A stretch of 64,000 nt of DNA, from NCBI GenBank assembly GCA_965220085.1, contig CBDCOZ010000002.1, positions 1 to 64,000 of the forward strand, in the 5' to 3' direction. The translations under genes and the position numbers were made by a program. The stretch's first letter is position 1, and the number at the start of each line of letters is the position of its first letter. The notes under the pieces are model-generated. The model ran no database searches. It worked only from the letters and a program-made list of their open reading frames with translations, and had not been told where the DNA came from. The DNA comes from Candidatus Oxydemutatoraceae bacterium. Its GTDB lineage: Bacteria; Pseudomonadota; Gammaproteobacteria; Poriferisulfidales; Oxydemutatoraceae. This document shows positions 57,520-64,000 of the stretch, piece after piece.

Positions 57520-59372
57520 ATGCGAAAAGCCATAAAACCCATCCTTGTCTATTGTTTAAACCTCGCTGGTCGGGAGCTCAAATCGAAACGGCATATCAAG
57601 CAAATCAGACGACTCCTGCAACTCATAGCAGGCCAAACCCATACTCAAAAAATACAGCAAGCGATTGCAGACAGTAAGTATGTTCAGAAGATACGCCAAG
57701 CGATAGAACAGCAACAGTGGGACGCCGCCTGTGCGCTATGGACCAAAGTACACCGCGGCGAGCCGACAAAACTGACGGGTTCTGCCGAAGGGGAAAAGGC
57801 TCTGGCGCACTGCCGGCGTGAGAACGATACGGCCAAGCGATTGCTGAAGCAGGCCGAGGAACACGGGAAGCTCGATTACAACGCTTGCAAGGAAGGGGCA
57901 ATGATTATTGCCAATCATGCCATCACTCCGGTATTGCAAGAGCGACTGTTCCATGAATTAGCCCGCGCACTGATGGAGTCCGCCGCAGAAAACCGTGTGT
58001 TGTATCACGCGCTGTTTTTAGACCACGGCAAAGTGAACCTGTCTCAGAAACCCCACAAACGCGCTCCCTTCCGCTCGCAGTTGCGACAAATCTGGCTTGA
58101 GATGCCGCAGGACGATGACAATGTATTCTGGTTTGGGCTGGCCATGGGTTTTGTTGACGAAGAACCGACCGCATCGCAGGTTGAGAGCTTATTGCTGCTG
58201 GAACTTGCCAGGCTCGGGTGGCTGTTTTGTAATCATCCGTTTCATGCCAAAACCATAGCCTCCTTTCGCGCGTATGCGCGCGCGGCGACCGCGAACCCCG
58301 CCATGCTGAACACATTGCCCGAAGCAAGCCGCAACAAGCTGGGGATTGTGCTCGCGGGCATCGACTATGGTTTGCTGAACAAACTGCGCCATGTGTTGTT
58401 GCCGATGACCAAACAAGCCGTAACCCGCGGCAACGCCGTGCGCCCGAAGCGCAAACTGCGCATCGCGGTGTGCATCTCAGGCCAGTTGCGCGGCTACCGA
58501 CAGGTATTTGCGAGTTGGCATCACTTGGGGCTGGAACGTCACGATGCGGATTATTTCGTCCATGTCTGGCGGCGGATTGGCCGCAAGATTCCCCTGATAC
58601 CCAGCAAGGGTCATCTTCAACGGCTCTTTACGGACGCTTTTTGCGATGCGTATGCCGACGCCCTGAGACAGCACGGGGCGCGGGATTTAGAGCGCGCTTA
58701 CCCCGGATTCTTTCGTTTTTTCACCGCCGGCGGCGACTGTGTCACGCAAGCGGAATTACAACGCTTCTATCGCACCGATGCGGTGGTCGCAGAGGACGAT
58801 GCGGCGGCGCCGTTTTGCGAATTAATAACCCGAAAAAGATGTATTACAAAACGGAACAAGCGTATCGGCTGGCGCTGGAAAGCGGCAAAGACTATGACCT
58901 CATCCTCCGCATGCGCCCTGACAAAGAGGCATTGCCGCCGCGCGCGGCGATTGACTGGGGGAAAGTCTGCGAAGACTGCGAGCGTGATGCGATCATTTTT
59001 GCCGACGGGCCTCTGTACTTGGTCGGCAATCTGTCGCTGCCGGATCAGGTTGCCTGCGGCACCGCACACGGGATGGCGGCATACTCGACCGCCTTTTCCA
59101 AGACCGAGTCGGGGCAAGGCTTGATTGCCGAATACGTAAATCCGCGCTTTCAACAGCATCGGAACTTTGCCTATGCATTGCTGGAAGAAGGGTTTGGCGC
59201 CAGATCACTGTCGGAGGCGGGGGTGAGGTGGGGCGCTCTGCAGGACCCCGCGCGGCTGAGCGTTGCCGCAGTCAAAGCGTTGTTGCAACAAGACATCGGC
59301 AAGCGCAACAGCCACGAGTTGGATGCGATCTTTCTCGCCGCACTGGAAAAAGACCTCGCCGCCGAGGGCTAA
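57520..59372 (+). pseudogene. Frameshifted putative glycosyltransferase/surface-polysaccharide enzyme
   Basis: RIAVCISGQLR..DYFVHVW in the first frame continues after ~58820 in another frame as MYYK..YDLILRMRPD..DQVACG. Function is inferred. Confidence 0.55.
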
Positions 59373-59456
59373 CGCTCTGCGGCGGGCAACCTCGCGGATG
59401 CTCCCGCACGGGGGAGCGCATCGGTCGGCGCGAGCGCTTGTTGCAAGCGGAGCGTA

Positions 59457-60251
59457 TCAGTCGGTGCGCGGCGGGGCGAACGTGGCGACGACGGGGGTGT
59501 GGTCCGAGGGCTTATCCCAGCCCCTCGGTTCGCGATCCACCGCGCTTGTGATGCAGGTCTCGGCGAGCGGCGCGCTGGCCAATATCAAGTCTATGCGCAA
59601 GCCGTGATTCTTATTGAAACCGCCGCCGCGGTAATCCCACCAACTGAAGGTCTCGTCGGGGCGGTGCTGAAACAAGCGGAAGGTATCGACCAAGCCGAGT
59701 TGCAATAACTCGGCATATGCCGCCCGTTCTTTGTCGCTGCACAACAGCGCCCCTTCCCATTTGGCCGGATCGCACACATCCGCATCGGTCGGCGCGACAT
59801 TGAAGTCGCCCAAGACGATGCAGTTCGGATGGCGCGCCAGTTCGTCTTGCAAAAACGCGGCAAGGCCTTTGAGCCACTTCAGTTTGTATGCGTATTTTTC
59901 CGACCCCACTTCGGAACCGTTGACGACATACACATTTATAATGCGGATGCCGCCGACGGTGGCGGCGATGACGCGCTTGTCATCGCCGCTGTCCGGGAAG
60001 GCCGGTTGGCGCAGGACATCCTCCGGCTTGCCGAGTGCGAAAATGGCCACACCGTTGTACGCTTTCTGCCCGCAAAAGACGACGTTGTATCCGAGTTTCT
60101 CAAACGCTTGGGTGTCAAAGTTTGCATCTTCGGTTTTGGTCTCCTGCGCCGCCAGCACATCCGGTTTTGATTTGGCAAGCCAGTCCGACACATGCGCGCG
60201 TCGCGCCTGCAGAGAATTGACATTCCAGGACGCGATCTTCAGCGGAGACAC
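59457..60251 (-). CDS. xth: Exodeoxyribonuclease III
   Basis: SWNVNS, QETK, YNGVA, GDFN, FSWWDYR, GLRID and SDHTPV motifs. Confidence 0.95.
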   Translation of the reverse strand: MSPLKIASWNVNSLQARRAHVSDWLAKSKPDVLAAQETKTEDANFDTQAFEKLGYNVVFCGQKAYNGVAIFALGKPEDVLRQPAFPDSGDDKRVIAATVGGIRIINVYVVNGSEVGSEKYAYKLKWLKGLAAFLQDELARHPNCIVLGDFNVAPTDADVCDPAKWEGALLCSDKERAAYAELLQLGLVDTFRLFQHRPDETFSWWDYRGGGFNKNHGLRIDLILASAPLAETCITSAVDREPRGWDKPSDHTPVVATFAPPRTD

Positions 60252-60257
60252 CGGCGG

Positions 60258-62678
<2,421 letters not shown>

Positions 62679-62754
62679 TTAGCGCACTAAGTGGTCTAGT
62701 GTACCATAAACGGTTATCAAAGTCGCCTCTTTTTTTGTATCTTTTTTTGCGGCA

Positions 62755-63000
62755 TTATGTTCCATCTTTGCAGTGTCTCCAAATGCGCCGAGAGGAGCGA
62801 TGCCAATATGACCGGCGGCTGCCTTTTTCTATGCGGCATTGTGCTCCATCCTTCCGGTGTCTCCGAAGGCGTCGGGAGGAGCGTTGCCAATATGACGGGC
62901 CGCCTTTTTCTGTGTGGTTTTGCTTTCCATCCTTCCAGTATCTCCGAAGGCGTCGGGAAGGCGTGGTGCCAATATGACCGATGGTCGCCTTTTTCTGATA
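62755..63000. repeat. ~82-bp imperfect tandem repeat x3
   Basis: tccatc.tt.c.gt.tctcc.aa.gcg.cg..gag...tgccaatatgac..gcctttttct recurs three times. Confidence 0.8.
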
Positions 63001-63074
63001 TGCGGGCGGAAAACTATATAATGCCCTGATAATACAATAAGATAGGCGGCTTCCTGCCACGTCCGGCATCTGGC

Positions 63075-63260
63075 TCTGGGTCACCTCGCTATCTGGCGAC
63101 AGAGAACTGGCGGCAAAGCATGCCTCGTCTGGCGCCTGGGCTAGGATCACCCTTGGCTCACTCTTGGGCCACCTCGCTATCTGGCGGCAGAGAACTGGCG
63201 GCAAAGCATGCCTCGTCCGGCGCCTGGGCTAGAATCCCCCTTGGCTCACTCATGGGTTAC
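63075..63260. repeat. 88-bp tandem repeat x2 downstream of recF
   Basis: cacctcgctatctggcg.cagagaactggcggcaaagcatgcctcgtc occurs twice. Confidence 0.85.
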
Positions 63261-63267
63261 TTTGGGA

Positions 63268-64000
63268 TCACCTTGGGGTCACCCCGCTGTGTTTCACATG
63301 AAACACCCGATGAGAGCGCCACTCCTCAAGCGGAATATCATGGTTGATGCTGGTGAGAACCACCTGTTGCCCAAGCGCCTTGAGTTCGCCCATCGCCCAC
63401 GCCAGATATTCCGAATCCAACTCGGAGGTAAGGTCATCCACCAGCACAACGCAGTCGCGGCTGAACTCAGCGGTGAAATGCTTGATCTGGGCGAGGATGA
63501 GTGCCAGCGCCAGCACTTTCTCCTGCCCTCTGGAAACAACCCTTTTCGCCGAGCTCCCGTCCCAGTCAATAACGATGTCGGCGCGATGCGGGCCGAATCG
63601 CGTAGTCGCCCTTTGTTGATCCCCCTCCAGGCTTTCCTCCAAGACCGCCGACAGATCGCGCCCGTCCGCCCAGCCGCGGAAATACCGAACGCCGACCTCG
63701 CCTTTAGGCTTCGCCAACGCCAGGAGGGCTTGAATAGTGCGGGCTAACGAGGAAAAGTATTCCCGCCTTGCCACATCAATATCCCGCCCCAGTGCCCCCA
63801 TTTGCTCGCTCCAGTGCTTCATGTCCGGCGCGGCAGGGTTCGTCTTTAGCAACGCATTGCGGTTTGCCAAGCACTTTTGGTACTTGCTCCATATGCCAAA
63901 GAAGTCATGTTTCACATGAAACACCCCCCAGTCCAGATAGCGGCGGCGACCGGATGCGCTGCCGTGAATCAGCGCATGGCTCTCCGGATGGAAAGACCGC
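63268..64000 (-). CDS. recF: DNA replication/repair protein RecF (5' part outside the window)
   Basis: RRRYLDWGVFHV, RNALLK, GPHRAD, SRGQEK and LVDDLTSELD. Upstream of gyrB. Confidence 0.95.
   Translation of the reverse strand, partial: RSFHPESHALIHGSASGRRRYLDWGVFHVKHDFFGIWSKYQKCLANRNALLKTNPAAPDMKHWSEQMGALGRDIDVARREYFSSLARTIQALLALAKPKGEVGVRYFRGWADGRDLSAVLEESLEGDQQRATTRFGPHRADIVIDWDGSSAKRVVSRGQEKVLALALILAQIKHFTAEFSRDCVVLVDDLTSELDSEYLAWAMGELKALGQQVVLTSINHDIPLEEWRSHRVFHVKHSGVTPR
63290..63305. promoter_or_regulatory. parS centromere site
   Basis: TGTTTCACATGAAACA, a 15/16 match to TGTTTCACGTGAAACA. Confidence 0.8.
63908..63923. promoter_or_regulatory. parS centromere site
   Basis: TGTTTCACATGAAACA, identical to the 63290 copy. 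Confidence 0.8.

Overview
64-kb chromosomal window of a gammaproteobacterium. A host-associated, possibly marine-invertebrate, symbiont is an inference from the eukaryote-like Cys-rich, cadherin and FN3 proteins. The right end is near the replication origin (recF with two parS sites, gyrB). Bases 1-26.5 kb hold an array of six intact or partial paralogous secreted Cys-rich modular proteins plus one relic. The six all end in an invariant 14-aa tag, INLRLRIFLEGPLR*, and the relic carries a degenerate version. Three of them have a conserved leader with a C16-C22 tract, all currently out of frame, which suggests phase variation. They are preceded by arrays of extended -10 boxes plus covarying hairpins, separated by 125-156-bp tandem repeats, and most carry a disulfide-framework domain with hypervariable loops. 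The array is interrupted by a Dcm-type R-M cassette inside direct repeats and by an acetolactate synthase/aldehyde dehydrogenase pair whose 3' end is tandemly amplified. Next come aroB-aroK/mrcA (pilMNOPQ absent), an FAH hydrolase, an AlkB-like oxygenase-GST-FadL-DUF4242 cluster and katG. A low-GC defence island follows: SspBCD-like phosphorothioation genes, DUF262-HNH, a GHKL ATPase, a Panacea antitoxin, a PtuA-like ATPase, a broken PtuB-like gene, an NspC-like decarboxylase and DUF3326. The window ends with hemE, gltD, yqeY, rpsU, a frameshifted glycosyltransferase-like gene, xth, gyrB and recF.
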